Positions 26,718-39,449 of a stretch of DNA of 64,000 bases are shown in pieces. The translations under genes were made by a program, and so were the position numbers. Positions within the stretch are counted from its first letter, which is position 1; every line of letters begins with the position of its first letter. The DNA is taken from assembly GCF_009834535.1 (NCBI RefSeq), contig NC_045697.1, positions 105,836,001 to 105,900,000 of the forward strand, written 5' to 3'. Source of the DNA: Camelus ferus. Its lineage: Eukaryota. The notes beneath the pieces were generated by a model, which saw only the letters and a program-made list of their open reading frames with translations, was not told the origin of the DNA and made no database searches.

Positions 26718-26814
26718 TATCTCCTTGTTTTAACTCAGGTTGATCTTGCCCCAATCATAGGGCACAACTTGGCAATATTCAAACTGCATTATGGTGTTTC
26801 AAGTCATTTTGCCT

Positions 26815-27160
26815 TCAACATACAGTCCCTTCTGCCTAAAGTGTCCCTCTCCATTTCTTCATCTTACCAGATTTCACACATCTTCCGAGACATAGACCTA
26901 ACATCATCTCCTCAAGAAAGCATTCTTTGTCCCCACCCTCCCAAATCACTAGTATGCACCCCTCTAAGATCAGGTGACACTCTGCTTGAATATTTATCAC
27001 AGAAATTAGGTACCGCTACAATTTTGATTTATTGTTATCTCTTTTGGAGCACAAGCTACTCTCAGGAGAAGACCGTATCTTTTTCAGCTTTGTATGCCTA
27101 ATACTTAGCAAAGAGCCTTTCATAGCAGGGGTACTAACACTAATTTGTTGAATGAATGAA
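26815..27160 (+). mobile_element. LINE-2 3' end
   Basis: Ends with the L2 terminus 'taatttgttgaatgaatgaa' and has upstream L2-like pyrimidine-rich blocks. Confidence 0.7.
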
Positions 27161-27459
27161 CCTGCTAACGTGTTGGACTTATACCACTTCAGACACTAGT
27201 TGGCCAAAGAAGCCAATCAATATAATGAGATGGAGTTTATGGCGTCTCATCTAAAAATAAATCTGATCTCAGAAGTCCACTTAAATTACACTTTTCAAGT
27301 GAAAATCATGAAATTAATTTCTCTGCTTTTCACCTACAGACTCTATGTTTAATAACCATGTCATAAAAGTCTAGTAAAGGGAAACATTAGTTCCCAGGTT
27401 TATGCCTTAATAAAATTATTTTAATAGTTCATTTTCATATTTTAACTCCATATTCTGGC

Positions 27460-27605
27460 CAATTATTTAACAAATATTTATTGATTACTCCCTGTGGGCC
27501 AAACCCTCTCTGTTTTGGGCACCAGAGATCAAGCACTAAACAAAGTCCCTGTTCTCATGGGACTTAACATTCTTAACGGGGCAGACAGGTATTAAACCAA
27601 ACAAA
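27460..27605 (-). mobile_element. LINE-2 3' end
   Basis: 'tttaacaaatatttattgattact..caaagtccctgttctcatgggacttaacattc'. Confidence 0.7.
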
Positions 27606-27612
27606 CACATAC

Positions 27613-27636
27613 AGAGAGAGAGAGAGAGAGAGAGAG
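27613..27636. repeat. (AG)n microsatellite
   Basis: Read directly. Confidence 0.95.
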
Positions 27637-30600
27637 TCTCTCTTTAAAGAAATGCATTTCATGAACTTTGGATTTAACTTAAAACTAACTGTTAAGAAGA
27701 AGCTATCATTTAGCAGAAGAAGCTGCTAAAATACAGAAACACCTAATTCAGACCACAGACTCCTGTTTGCTTCTCTTGGGGATACTTAACTGCAAAATTT
27801 GGGAAAGGCATCATGACCAGAAAGACTGAGACTTCTTTTTCTATGAGAAAACAAACATGGATATTTTGAATTCTTTACTATAAAATAGACTGAGTGTGGT
27901 TCTGAATATGGTCGCAAAATTTTTGGCTGTGTGAATCCACAGCACTATAAAATTAAGCTTTCTGGTAAATGGACTATTTTTTTAACCTTAAAAAAATTGA
28001 AGGGGTATTTTCTTTTTTTTTCCACCATCATAACCCCTCTTTCCCCCACCCCTTTCTTTGATGCTCTTGGCATTAAGCCCAATTACTACATGGGTTTTCC
28101 AGCAGGTAGTATCTATTATTTTTAACCCAGTTAATGTCTTCCTTACAAACCAGTGAGTCTAAATCATATTAAAAAAAATAAGGAATGACTCACATTCATT
28201 AAAGTGTATTCTGATACATTTGGCTACTCGTATAAAACAGAGGTACATAATGAGGCGACTGGAGGACACAGAAGTCATTAATCCATGAGGTGGCAGCGAT
28301 TCCAAGCAGAGACAGGCAGACAGTTCTCTTAAGTCTCTTATAGGCAAAGTCATTTCTTTAAAAGATCTGCTGTTTGTGAACCTTTGTTACCCTTGGAGGA
28401 ATCCCCCTTCAGAACTTAGAAAAAGAAAATCCTCTGAGAAACTCATCCAGATGCATGAGTTATTATGGTTTATAGCATCCATTTAACTTCCCAATTCCTG
28501 TTAGATGTCACTCAATTCCTGTTGATTCAGCAGTTCATTCCCTCCATTCAAATTGAGGCAGGAGAGCTGCCCAGGCATGAGGGGCAAGGTCTGAGACAAC
28601 CCTCACTGGCTCCAAGTAATGGCTTCGCGATGTCTTGGGTCTTGACTCTGCGCACAGATTTGGATTGTTGGATCGTCTTGCTCATTTACTTCAGAGAATG
28701 GAAACAATAATAATCAAGGCAAAACTCTGTTTGTTTAGCAAAAGGATGTTTGTTATATGGAAGAGCTCTTGACAGAACCCACGTTTATTACTCATCAGGA
28801 CATTTTTCCAAAATATGTTCTCCGCACAATTCAACCCAAAGCAAAATATAATAAAATAAAATTAGTCAATTAAGTTAGGCTGTTGGTTTAACTAAAACTT
28901 TTTTTTTTCAGCCTGAATTAGTCAATCTTCTAAAAGAATTTAAGGGCCATAAGAGTTCCTAGTCTCATGGCTAAGGAAAGTCATCAATAGGGTCCCAGAT
29001 GTCATCTTTTTTTCCCCAAAAAAACCTCTTTTTGGAGGAATGCAGATTTACTCAGGAGGTTGAGGCACAAAGAGATGAGGATGTTATCTTATTGTATCCA
29101 GAAATTCAGCTATTTTTGACTTTCAGTGAAAGCATCTAAATAATTCAAGCAATCCTTGATTCAAGATAAACTTTAGCCATCCTCCAAAACAAAAAGATGC
29201 CAAAATTCAAAATACAAAGAGCAACATATGTGGGGAAATGAATCAGGGATGACTTGATTTCTATCTGCCCCTTTTCTGGACCATCCAGATTAATACATTG
29301 ATAATTGACACTGATTACTTCTGATTTGGATAATTAATTTTAAAAAACCCTTACATAATACAACCTTTAATCACATATATTTTTATTTATGTGCAAAATT
29401 TGAAAGAGTCATAATATGTATGAAAACTTTCACTGAAGGAACCAGACTACATGTAGACGTAAGAATACATAATAATGAACATTTATCTGTCTTTTAAGTT
29501 TAAGAAATTTAGTACTTGCTCTACTGAAGAAACCCGACTGTCAAGAATTAGTGACTTGTTTTCACCAGTAACTGTCTAGAGAAAATTCCGTATGTAAGTG
29601 GACTCGCTGAAAAGAGAAGAAAGCTAGTTACTCCCCAGGCTCAACAAACCACTTCTTATCCCCATCATCCTCAGCGCCCTTCCATCCAACTTGCAGAAAT
29701 AGGGTTAAAGTGGTCATTTCTACCTTTCCTCTGTCAAATGTACTAGAGATTCAAATCTGAAACTATGCAAGAATATGAAATCCTAAAAATAAATTATCCC
29801 CTTTCAGACATTTACAAATCACCTCCCTGGTTTTAATTAAAATTTTGCTGGCTTGTTGGAAAACCTTGTAAGAAGTAGAGAAACAAACGTATTGGATAGT
29901 CACAGTTCTGACAAGAGGTTTCAACCATGGACTGTCTTCTTGATACCTCCTTTTTCTTCCATCCCTCATGCCAACTTTGCTGAGGAAATATAAGTGAAGA
30001 GATTTCAACGTGGACTGCCATGCCTCTTATCGCTGGCCCACCAGGGGGGGCAAATCATTGTTCTTTACTAAATTGGATCCTTCAAGGATATTGGCTTAGA
30101 TAACAGCAAGCCAAGAGTAAATTTAGTGGCTGCACCTGGGGTGGCTCAATGGAAAAGGTAGGGTCACCCTTCACCTGTGTAATTTCCTCACCCTTGATCT
30201 TTTTTTTCTCCCAATATTATGTACAGAGCTATCCCAAGAAGCTTCAGACCACCTCCCTTCCAATCAGCTTTCTCCTTTACAGAAATATTGGATCTGACAT
30301 TGAAACTAGAAATTTCCCATCTTCTGCAATTCTGAATGAAAATATTAGTGACAAATTGAAGTTTTGTTTGAATTGAGTAAATAAAGCATTCAATAATTTA
30401 TCAGCCATGCATGAGGATGCAGCAAGGGATCTCATTGATGGTGTTAAAATATGCATTGTGTATCTGAGGATTATTTTTTCCTCAATAGGCTAGTCTACAC
30501 ATAAATGTGCTTTTGAAATCCATATGCAAAAATGATCATGATGCAGATTGATGGGAATTCTGAAGAAGACTGAGGCCATGTATTTATCTAGGACACCATC

Positions 30601-30839
30601 AAAGATTTTCATTGACCACTCAAATCTGAAACTTTGTATTATTTCTTCTGAACCCATACAAATGCTGGATCCAATAACCCAGCAAGAAAATAATTCAATC
30701 AGAATTCACTGTGACACTGAAAAAACAGTAGCTAGAATTTGATACTTCATGTGAATCAAGTTCAAACCAAAAGGAAAAAAAAAAGTTCTAATATCACTTT
30801 ATGTGCGAGTATAAATCCACATTAATATGGATATGAAAC

Positions 30840-33800
30840 TGTGATGATTTTTTTTTCCTTACTGCATCAACCTAGTTAAATTGGGACTGTGATTTCCTGA
30901 ATTCTCTTTCTTGGTGGATTTAGTTTAGGGTTGACCACAAGAGAAATTTGCATGAGATTGACAAGGCAGAAGCAGCCATTATGCCCTAAGTGTCTGTGTG
31001 GGCTTTGGGTTCCCTGACAGATGATGGTACCCTGGCAGGTGATGGTACACGTTCTCACTGATCTGCTGGCTCCCCAGATTGATGGAGAATCAGCGGGGCT
31101 TGCAGCTGCTCCAGCTCTTGCCCAGGCTCCTCCTGTAGCTCTTCAAGTTCTGGACGAGGAGCCACATATAGTTTGTGGCAATGGATGTTGGCCTCTCCAG
31201 CGAGCATTTACTAAGTTCTCTGTCTGAGGATACCCGTTAACCTCCTTTGCCTGAAAAATTATATTGGCCTCCCCTCTGGAGCTTGCTCGTCTGATTCTCT
31301 TCAAAAACTGGCTCTACCGTCTCTCTTTGCTTTCAGACCTATAACCAGAATCCAATTTTGGTAGGCTCCAGGGCTACCCACAAAGTTAAACAAACAAAAT
31401 GATTACCCATACAACAACCAAACAAAATTATTGCCCATAAGACAACTAAAATGAATACTAGGTTTCCCCAATTTATATTGACATACCTGGGAATGTGGAT
31501 GGGAAAGCATCATATGTTATATTGGATAAGGGTGGAAAATATATTAGATAGAGTATTTTCAATATAGGTGTATTTAAAGGAGATTCTAGATTCAGTGTTT
31601 TAGCTTGATCAGCTGGGGTTGGCTCTATCAGTCACCTTGGTTAGATGACTAAATTTTCTTTGTACCCTGAAAATGATGATACCCCAACCAAAGTTGGAAT
31701 TCTAGAGAGGACCTGCTTACCACCAACTCACTATGTCTGGAGAGCATCCTGCTCACTAAGACTTTGCAATATACCTTTCTGAGGGAGCTGCAGGGTGGCT
31801 GTCCTCTGAGGTCCAGAAACACCCATGGGAACTGCTGCAATCAAGCTGGACTCCCTGAATTCAGTGTGGACAATGGGACCCTGCAGTGGTAGGGACCATG
31901 TTGTGACACTTCTAATGGCCAGAAACAAAGTGGCTCAGTCCACAAACAGTTTTGAGTTAGCCGACAATGTGTCCCTAAAAAAGAAATAGGTTGACAGCCT
32001 TTGAAAGTATTACTACTTTGAAAGTATTACTAGATACGTGTATATATATAGTAAAGATCTCTTCTAGTGAATGGAAGTCTAACTTTAATCATTATAATGG
32101 TCATACCTCTCAGCCACTTCCCGGCACTGAGCTAATTTACAAACCTAAAGCCCCTTGAATGAAGTGGAGGCCAGGTCATTCGTGAGAAGAGATCCTGCCT
32201 CATAGCTGATAATTTACACTGTAAATGTTCTTGTCCAGCTTTTCTCCAAAAGTATTTGTGGCCATTTGTCAAAGTGACTATGCGTTTCAGGAGAAGAAAT
32301 AAACCAGACTTTTTGGGAATTGTTGGTCACTGGCTCCGAACTGACCTTAATTCCTAAAGACACAAAATGTTGCTATGGTCCACCAGTCAGAGTAAAGGAT
32401 TCTAAATGTCAGGTGAACAGTTTTGGTTCACACTGATCTCAGTGGGTCCACTGGGTGCCCAAACTTATGATGGGTTTATTTTACCAGTTATGTGTACATA
32501 GATGGAGTAATATACTTACCAACAGGCAGAATTCTCATGTTAAGTCCTAATTTGTGCAGCTAGAGCTCTATGACAGGACAGGTCAATTGGAAGCCACTGG
32601 GAGTGACTCTGCTTATCAGAATAGTAAACCAAAGCCAATAGAGCTTTCTGGAGAGATTGCAAGAATCATTGCCAATATCAAAGTCTTGAAAGATACAGGA
32701 GTGGTTATTCCTATCACATCACCTTTCAATTTGCCTCTTCAGTCAGTACAGAAGACAGCTAGATCTTGCAGTATATAGTGGGCACCCACAAAATCAGATA
32801 TTGATTCCGTTGTAGCCTCTACTCCAATGTTTTTTTTCTTTCTGGAGAAAATAAGCAGCAGGTACATAGCCATTGTTCTGACAAATACATTTTCTTCTAT
32901 GCCTTTTAGTATCTTTTAGTAAAGATCTCAGAAGCAGTTTGCTTTCAGTAGAAAGGCCAAGAATATGTCTTTGCTATCCTGTCTCAAGGGTATGTCAGCT
33001 CTTCAGCCCTATATCATACTCTGATCCAGAAGGGTGTTATTTGCCTCTCCATTCCAAAGACCATCATGCTAGACATTGCCTTGTTGATGTAATGCTGATT
33101 GAACCTGGTGAGCAGAAGTAGCAGCTACTCCTGACACCTGGGTAAGATAGGTGCATGCCCGGTTGTGAGAAATAAGTTCTACAAAAATTAGGGCCTGCCA
33201 CCATTAGAATTACTTAAGGAAACAATGGTCTGAAGCTTAGTGGGAGATTCCTTCCAAATTTAAGAGTTTCTGCATCTTATTATTTCCTACAAACTAAAAA
33301 AGATACACAATGCCTAGAGAGATCTCTTTGGATTTTGGAGGCATTGCATATTTCATTTGGGTGTGCTTCTTACATGCGTTTATCAAATAACTTCAAAAGG
33401 ATGCCAGTTTTGTGTGGTCCTAGAACAAGAGATGTCTCTGTAACAGGTCCAGACTGACATGCAAGCCACTCTTCCACTTGGGCGATATGACCTAGGTGAT
33501 CTTCTGATGCTTGAAGTATCTTTGGAGGATGGGATGATGTCAAGAGCCATTAGCAGGCATTTACAGGTAAAGAACTGTGCAGACTTTTAGCATTTTGGAT
33601 TAAAGCTATGCCATGATTAGCAGAAAGTGATTCTCCTTTTATGAAGCAATTTCTGGTCTGCTACTGGGTCCCAGTAGAGATTGAATGCTAGATCATCAGT
33701 CATCAATTTGACATGCTGCCTGAGGTACCCAGCATGAACTGGGTGTTGTCTGACCACCAAACCATGAAGTTGGATATGCACAGAAACACTCCCTCACCAA

Positions 33801-35955
33801 AGGAAGTGGTAGATATGTGGTCTCACTTGAGCAAATCATGGAGGCACAAGTAAGTTTCATGAGCAAGTGGCCCAGCTGCCCAGGTGTTCGTGGCCCAGGT
33901 CTCATGGCTCCCTTCTACTCAACCATAGTTATAGCCTCTTGGAGAGTTCTTTATGATCATAACTGAAAAAGAAAATGTTTGAGTCTGTTTCACCAAAGGG
34001 CCTACAATATAGTCTGTCATCACCATTCCACAGAGGGATCAGCCAGCTATGTGTTGGCAAGTTGATTACACTGGACTGTTTCCATCATGGAAGGGGCAGT
34101 GCTTTGTCCTCACTGGAACAGACACTTGGTTGGGATGTGGATTTTCCTTCACTGCACACATTTGTTCTGCTAAAAGCACCATCTATATATGCTTTCTTCA
34201 TCCTCACAATATTCCACATAGCATCACCTCTAACAAAAGTGTATTAGCATTTAGCAGCTAATAAAGGGTGGATAAGGAAGATTTGGAAGATTTTGTTAGG
34301 ACCCCAACTGGGTGGCCACATCTCATAGGGCCAGGATTGTGTCTTCTAAGATGGAGTATTAACCCCAAACCAGCAACCAAATTATAGTGTTGTTTCTCCC
34401 ACAGAACGATCAAAGAATGGGGATGAGAGTGGCTTTTCTATTACCCTTAATGGCCCACTAGCAGAGTTTTTGTTTCCATGCCTGTAACTTCGGGTCCTAC
34501 CGCTCTAAACGTCTTACTTTCCAAAGGAAGAAAGCTTCCACCAGCGTGCACAGTAATGCTTCTATTAAAGTGGAAATTGAGACTGTCACCTGGAGACAAA
34601 GGCCAGTGAATCAACAGGTAAATAAGAGGCTACTCTGCTGCTGGCGCATTTGATTCTAACTGTAAGGAGGAAGTGAATTTCCTCTATACAGTGGGCATAA
34701 GGAGTGTGCATTTTTGGAATGCAGGTCATGTAGGATACCTCTCGGGAGTCCCTTATTCTGTGTAAAAGTTAATGTGAAACTAAGATAACCCAATAAAGAC
34801 ATGTCTTCTGATGGCTCAGACACTTTAGGAATGAAGGTCTGAGTCACTCCACCAGGCACGGAATCACAGCAAGGTGGGGTGCTACCGTGGGAAGATGACA
34901 TGGTAGCGGAGGAAGAAAGTTGTAAATGTGAGGTGTGAACATACTGAGTAACAGAAATGAGGACTGTAATAGTTATGAGTATTTCTGTGTTAATTTATAT
35001 CTATTTGTGTGCATGTGTGTATTAACCAATTTTTTGTCCCCCTATCCCACTCTCCTACCATCCAGCACAAGGCATCTTGATTGGTTGACCTCCTGTTTTC
35101 ACAGCTCATAATTCAATATTTAAGTTATAGAATAGCAAAGGGAGAGTTGGACTCAACTGGAGGAAGAATAAACTTAATCAAGCCAAAGATGGATAAAGTG
35201 ACAGACGGGATGTTTATATTACATAGAGGCAGGTAGTGTGGTTTTGGTTGTACAAAGAACAGTTGCGTTATGTTCTACTGTGTTTATCTGGAAGTGAAAC
35301 ATGCAGTATGGAGGGATACCAAGGAGTGTCTCATGCTCAGTGATAAATTAACTGAACTGGAAATCCATTTTTGAGAATGTTCTTGCCTCTATGGGCCCGG
35401 ATTAGGATTGGCCACAAGAGAAATTTGCATAAGATTTGGAAGGTGGAAATGAAGCAGCATCCATATACTATGAAGAATGATGAAAGGTACCGGGCATCCC
35501 TGCAGATCAGGCACATGGTCCCTGATCTGCTGGCTCATCTTGGCACAGGATAGCAGCTCGGCTTGGGGCGCTTCCTGCTCCTCCCTCAGCTTCTCCAAGT
35601 CCTGGGCTAGATGTATGTGCCGTCTGTGCAAATGGGTATCAGCTTCTTCTGCAGGTCACCTGTGTCACTGATGGTTGAGGTGGTGAGAGGCAGATGTGAG
35701 TTTCAGTTCCTCCTTGTGGGTGCCACTTGGTCTTTGCTCTCCTCTGCTTCACGTAGAGCCTTTCTTCCCAACTGACTGCTGGTCCCGACGACCTACAACA
35801 ACTTCAGGACCACAAACCAATGCGGCAGCAACAACTTCCCATAGACCTTTCCTATCAGTTCTAATGATTAAGGATGGTCTGGCCCCTTTAATAAATTTTC
35901 CTTCCATATCACTCATAATGGCTCTGCTCCCTGAATTAACCCCCAAAGTGGTACA
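30840..35955 (+). mobile_element. Decayed ERV-L provirus with two LTRs (LTR41-like, tentative) and gag-pol-dUTPase remnants
   Basis: RT start (IKVLKDTGVVIPITSPFNLPLQSVQKT, about 32680-32760), integrase (WQVDYTGLFPSWKGQCFVLTGTDT, about 34055-34130) and a dUTPase-like region at about 34500-34700. The LTRs at about 30840-31230 and 35331-35955 share identical blocks ccacaagagaaatttgcat (30935-30953 / 35412-35430) and ctgatctgctggctc (31058-31072 / 35522-35536). Confidence 0.9.
31999..32032. repeat. Perfect 17-bp tandem duplication
   Basis: ctttgaaagtattacta appears twice in tandem. Confidence 0.95.
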
Positions 35956-37189
35956 GTCACTAACAGTGTAATTCAGTATGGTCTCCTTTTAGGAAGAATT
36001 ACAATGTACACACCTTTAGGAAGCATCTTGGTTAATTCATCCTAATTATTGTTTTAAACAAAATCTCCTTCTATGGTCCTCATTGGCCTCAGCAGGAGAT
36101 AATGTTTGATGTTTGGTGTTGAACAGTTCCTATTCAGGTTTTTCCTTGGTACTTTAATAGAATCACAAGTTTCAGAATACTGTAAGGTCCTGTTTATATT
36201 TTTTAAATATATAGCAAAATTAAATAAATAACGTGTAATGAATGAATGTGCTAATAGATGTTCCATATGTCCTCAAACTAGTTCTGTCTTGAATGTGTGT
36301 ATGTGAAATAGAGGACAGAAGGAGAGAGAGAAAATCGTCTCTCCCTCTAATAAAGCAGAAAAAAAGAAAAGGAAAAGGAGCAGACATTCCTTTTTTATAA
36401 TGTTTAAGGGTGGATCTTCAAGATTGTAGCTGGATTCAAATATTTACTCCCAAAACAATCCTGCTATCCTAGGCCTAACCTTCAAACTGGAAGATGATAA
36501 ATGACCCATAGATGGAATAAAAATACTCTCAAAAGATACCCACCTTAGATGAATGGAACTGCTTACCCACATCTAATTGGCAAACAAATCTGTTTTCTCC
36601 ACTGATGTTGATCACAAACTCAGCAATTGTGCTACTTTCTCAGCAGTCCACTGGGATTGTATGGCATCAATATTGCCACCCCTTCCTCCACCCAGGGAGG
36701 GGTTGGAACCAATTATGGAATCAGTAAATGGAGAGTTAAAATGTCGGCTTTCTCTTTTTCTAACTAATAGATGCAGGCTGGAGAAGATAGATTTCTTTTT
36801 TTTAAGCATGTGGGAGGATAAGTGTCAAGATGAGCTCGCTAATATTTTACCTATAAAATGGACAGACTCGCCCACACAGTCACAGACAGCTGAGGATGAC
36901 TGCAGGCCCCTCCCACGTAGCTGCATAGCAGTCCATATATTTTCAGCTGTCAGGAATAGTCATTTTTGCTTCTGCTATTTTGTTACTCCATTAGCAACTT
37001 ACTGTATACAACCCCACCTTCTACTTGCCTTTACCAAGCAGCACCCTGCAGGGTTCTGGTGGCAGACTTACCTGGTGATATGACCCAAACACTCAGTTTT
37101 GGCAGATCTGAGCCCCTGGTCACCATGATCTTCTCATTATTTCCAGTATTTGGCTTTATTTTATATAACATTGCTTTATTCTCTGTGCA

Positions 37190-37305
37190 TATATAGTATT
37201 TCCCTGAATTGACTGTAAATTCTTTATAAGTAGGGTCCATGTTTAATGTTTTGTTCTGCTTCATTGCCTTTACCATAATGCCAGGCACATAATAATTCTT
37301 CAAAT
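37190..37305 (+). mobile_element. LINE-2 3' end
   Basis: 'gactgtaaattctttataagtagggtccatg..ataatgccaggcacataata'. Confidence 0.65.
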
Positions 37306-37439
37306 TAAAAAATATATATATTAAAAAAAAGAACCTATCAGTCACCTTTGGAGTATGATTGCAACCCAACTCATTATTTTGAAAACTAATAAAGGGAAAA
37401 AAATGTATTTTGAAGAAATGAGTGAATGCATGCTAGGTG

Positions 37440-39110
37440 CATGTTGCAGGTCATCTTTCCCAGGAAGATAATCTCTAAGATAGAGATTAATGTGCAGAAA
37501 GTTTATGAGGAATCACTGCTTACAGGGCCAACCTCTGTGCCAAAAATAAAAAAGAAGCAAGGTGGAAAAAGGAGAAGTTGGACGATATTGCAGTCTCAAC
37601 AAAGCCCTCAGCTAAGCCCATAAAGAGCTTTAAAGCTGGAATAGACCTTCAACCTCATCCCAGCTGGAGAGGCTACTGGGCATGTGCACTGCAATATCGA
37701 CCGTTCTTTGGATGCAGGCTTCTCCCAGTAGAGGGTGTGATCTTGGCAAGGTACCTCTCCTGGTGAGTGCAATTTCTGCAGAAGTGGGCAGCTTATCTGT
37801 CATCCAGAAGCACTCCCAGAAGCTTGAGGATTTTGTCCTTCAATACTGAAGGAGGATCCAGGTGGTACATTGGAGCGTCCATGACAGACCACCCCTTGTG
37901 ATGCTCAGATCCACTTTATATAAATTCTGGGAGACGCTCCTCAAGGATTCATAGTAGGTCTCCCTTCCTGAGAGAAATTTCTAAGAAGTTGCATGGGACA
38001 AACTATAGCCTCCTAACACCTAAGCTGGTCTTGAAGCCACACCTGTTGCTCATCGACTTCTTCCTCTACCATCTTTTCTGGATTTCCTTCATCCTCAGCT
38101 TGCACTTCTGTTCTAAGTGGCTCTGACACAGCCTCATGCCTTAGGGATATGAGCCCCTAATCATCGTGCCCTTTTCAGGCCGTGATATGCATCTGTCCAC
38201 AAACCATAAATACTGAGTGAGACTAAGCAGAGACATCCACGTGGATCACCTGGGCGCCAATCACCGTCCACTCTGCCCCTCTTTCTAACAGGATTTCTAC
38301 GTCTTCCTGATGGTCAGGAACAATCAGTCCTTCCAGGAATGCTGACTCGTATTTGGCAATGCTCTGCTGGCGTTAGAGACCCTGAGTACCTGACTGGCAG
38401 CGATAGTTTAAAATTCAATGGGACTTCTGCTGTGTCCCCTGGTGGATGGATTCCTTTTTGAGATCCAACACCTCTATTCCCACAGCATCTGGAGTTGGGG
38501 GTTGAGAAGTCCGAATTCCCAAAGTGGGTCACTGAGAGTGAGGTTAAGAGAGGATAACTGCACTTCTAACCTGTACATTTTTTTCTCACCACATTAAACT
38601 CCTATTTTATTGGATCTGAGGCAAAAGGCCCAAGTGGCTGAGCTATTTGTTTATCTCCTGGACTTGCTGGACTTTCTAGCTCTGTATCCTACTCAAAGCT
38701 GGAAGGCTTTTATTACATCTGATATATAGGTTGAGCCGTATTCCTGGGTGTGGAATAGGCTGTTTCTAACACCTAACGAGGGGGAGGGTATAGCTCAGTG
38801 ATAGAGCACATACTTAACATGCATGAGGTCCTAGGTTCAATCCCCAGCATCTCCTCTAAAAGTAACTACATAAATCTAATTACCATCCACCCTCCAATAA
38901 CAACAACAACAACAACGACGAAACTTAAAGAAAAAAATCCCTGAAGGTATCTACGACTGTTGTGCTTCCTTCTTTGCAGTGATGCCACTTCCCTGGGGTA
39001 CAACTCTGCTTTTGATTTACTATCTTGGTTGGGACCACATGGCTTCCACTTGGCTTTCTCCATTATAATAACTGCTATCCCCAGGCCAAGCAACCAAGGT
39101 TTGGGATGGG
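37440..39110 (-). mobile_element. Second decayed ERV-L: LTR16-like LTR (about 37440-37885) plus heavily deleted internal region
   Basis: Antisense LTR16-like start 'ttcccaggaagataatctctaagatagagattaatgtgcagaaagtttat'. Minus ORF 38314-38532 (KGIHPPGDTAEVPLNFKL) is ERV-L dUTPase-like, and minus ORF 38866-39093 (IIMEKAKWKP) resembles the protease/RT junction. Confidence 0.8.
38781..38938 (+). mobile_element. Vic-1-type tRNA-derived SINE (camelid)
   Basis: 'ggggagggtatagctcagtgatagagcac..gaggtcctaggttcaatccccagc' has Pol III A box (tagctcagtg) and B box (ggttcaatccc), then 'ctaattacc' and a (CAA)n/A-rich tail. Confidence 0.88.
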
Positions 39111-39174
39111 GTAGGAAAATGGTCAGTTCTGTCTAATCAATTACATATTACTGCTGAAATAGCCAATAAGGGGT

Positions 39175-39305
39175 CCTTGAGGTAGGTGGTATTCCCCTGT
39201 TGCAGATACGTCTGAGGCTCAGAGCAGTAAGTGACTTGTCCCTAACTGACAAGATTGCATGACGTTCTGGGATTAGAAAACATCTCTCTCTGATTCCAAA
39301 ACAGC
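39175..39305 (-). mobile_element. MIR SINE fragment
   Basis: 'cccctgttgcagatacgtctgaggctcagagcagtaagtgacttgtcc'. Confidence 0.75.
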
Positions 39306-39449
39306 CATACCAAATAAGAGACTGCCAGTGTTAGTCAGGGGCTGAGTACATTAACCAGTTCTTGGCTCATTACATGAGAAGAGGAGTTTAACAAGAATCA
39401 GGAGGTTAGTGTGGTCAACCCTGGGAAAGCCACCCTACACTAGTCTTCT

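Noticed and set aside
31005..31450. Short tandem duplications (about 18 bp at 31008-31048 and about 28 bp at 31390-31450) as a repeat-spacer array
   Set aside because: Only two degenerate units each with no spacers. They are ordinary slippage duplications inside the ERV, not CRISPR-like.
32554..34261. Short ORFs as a functional or domesticated retroviral pol
   Set aside because: Many stops, frameshifts and large deletions. No long intact frame remains.
38781..38855. tRNA gene
   Set aside because: It continues into a SINE body and A-rich tail, has mutated stems, and sits inside an ERV. It is a SINE.
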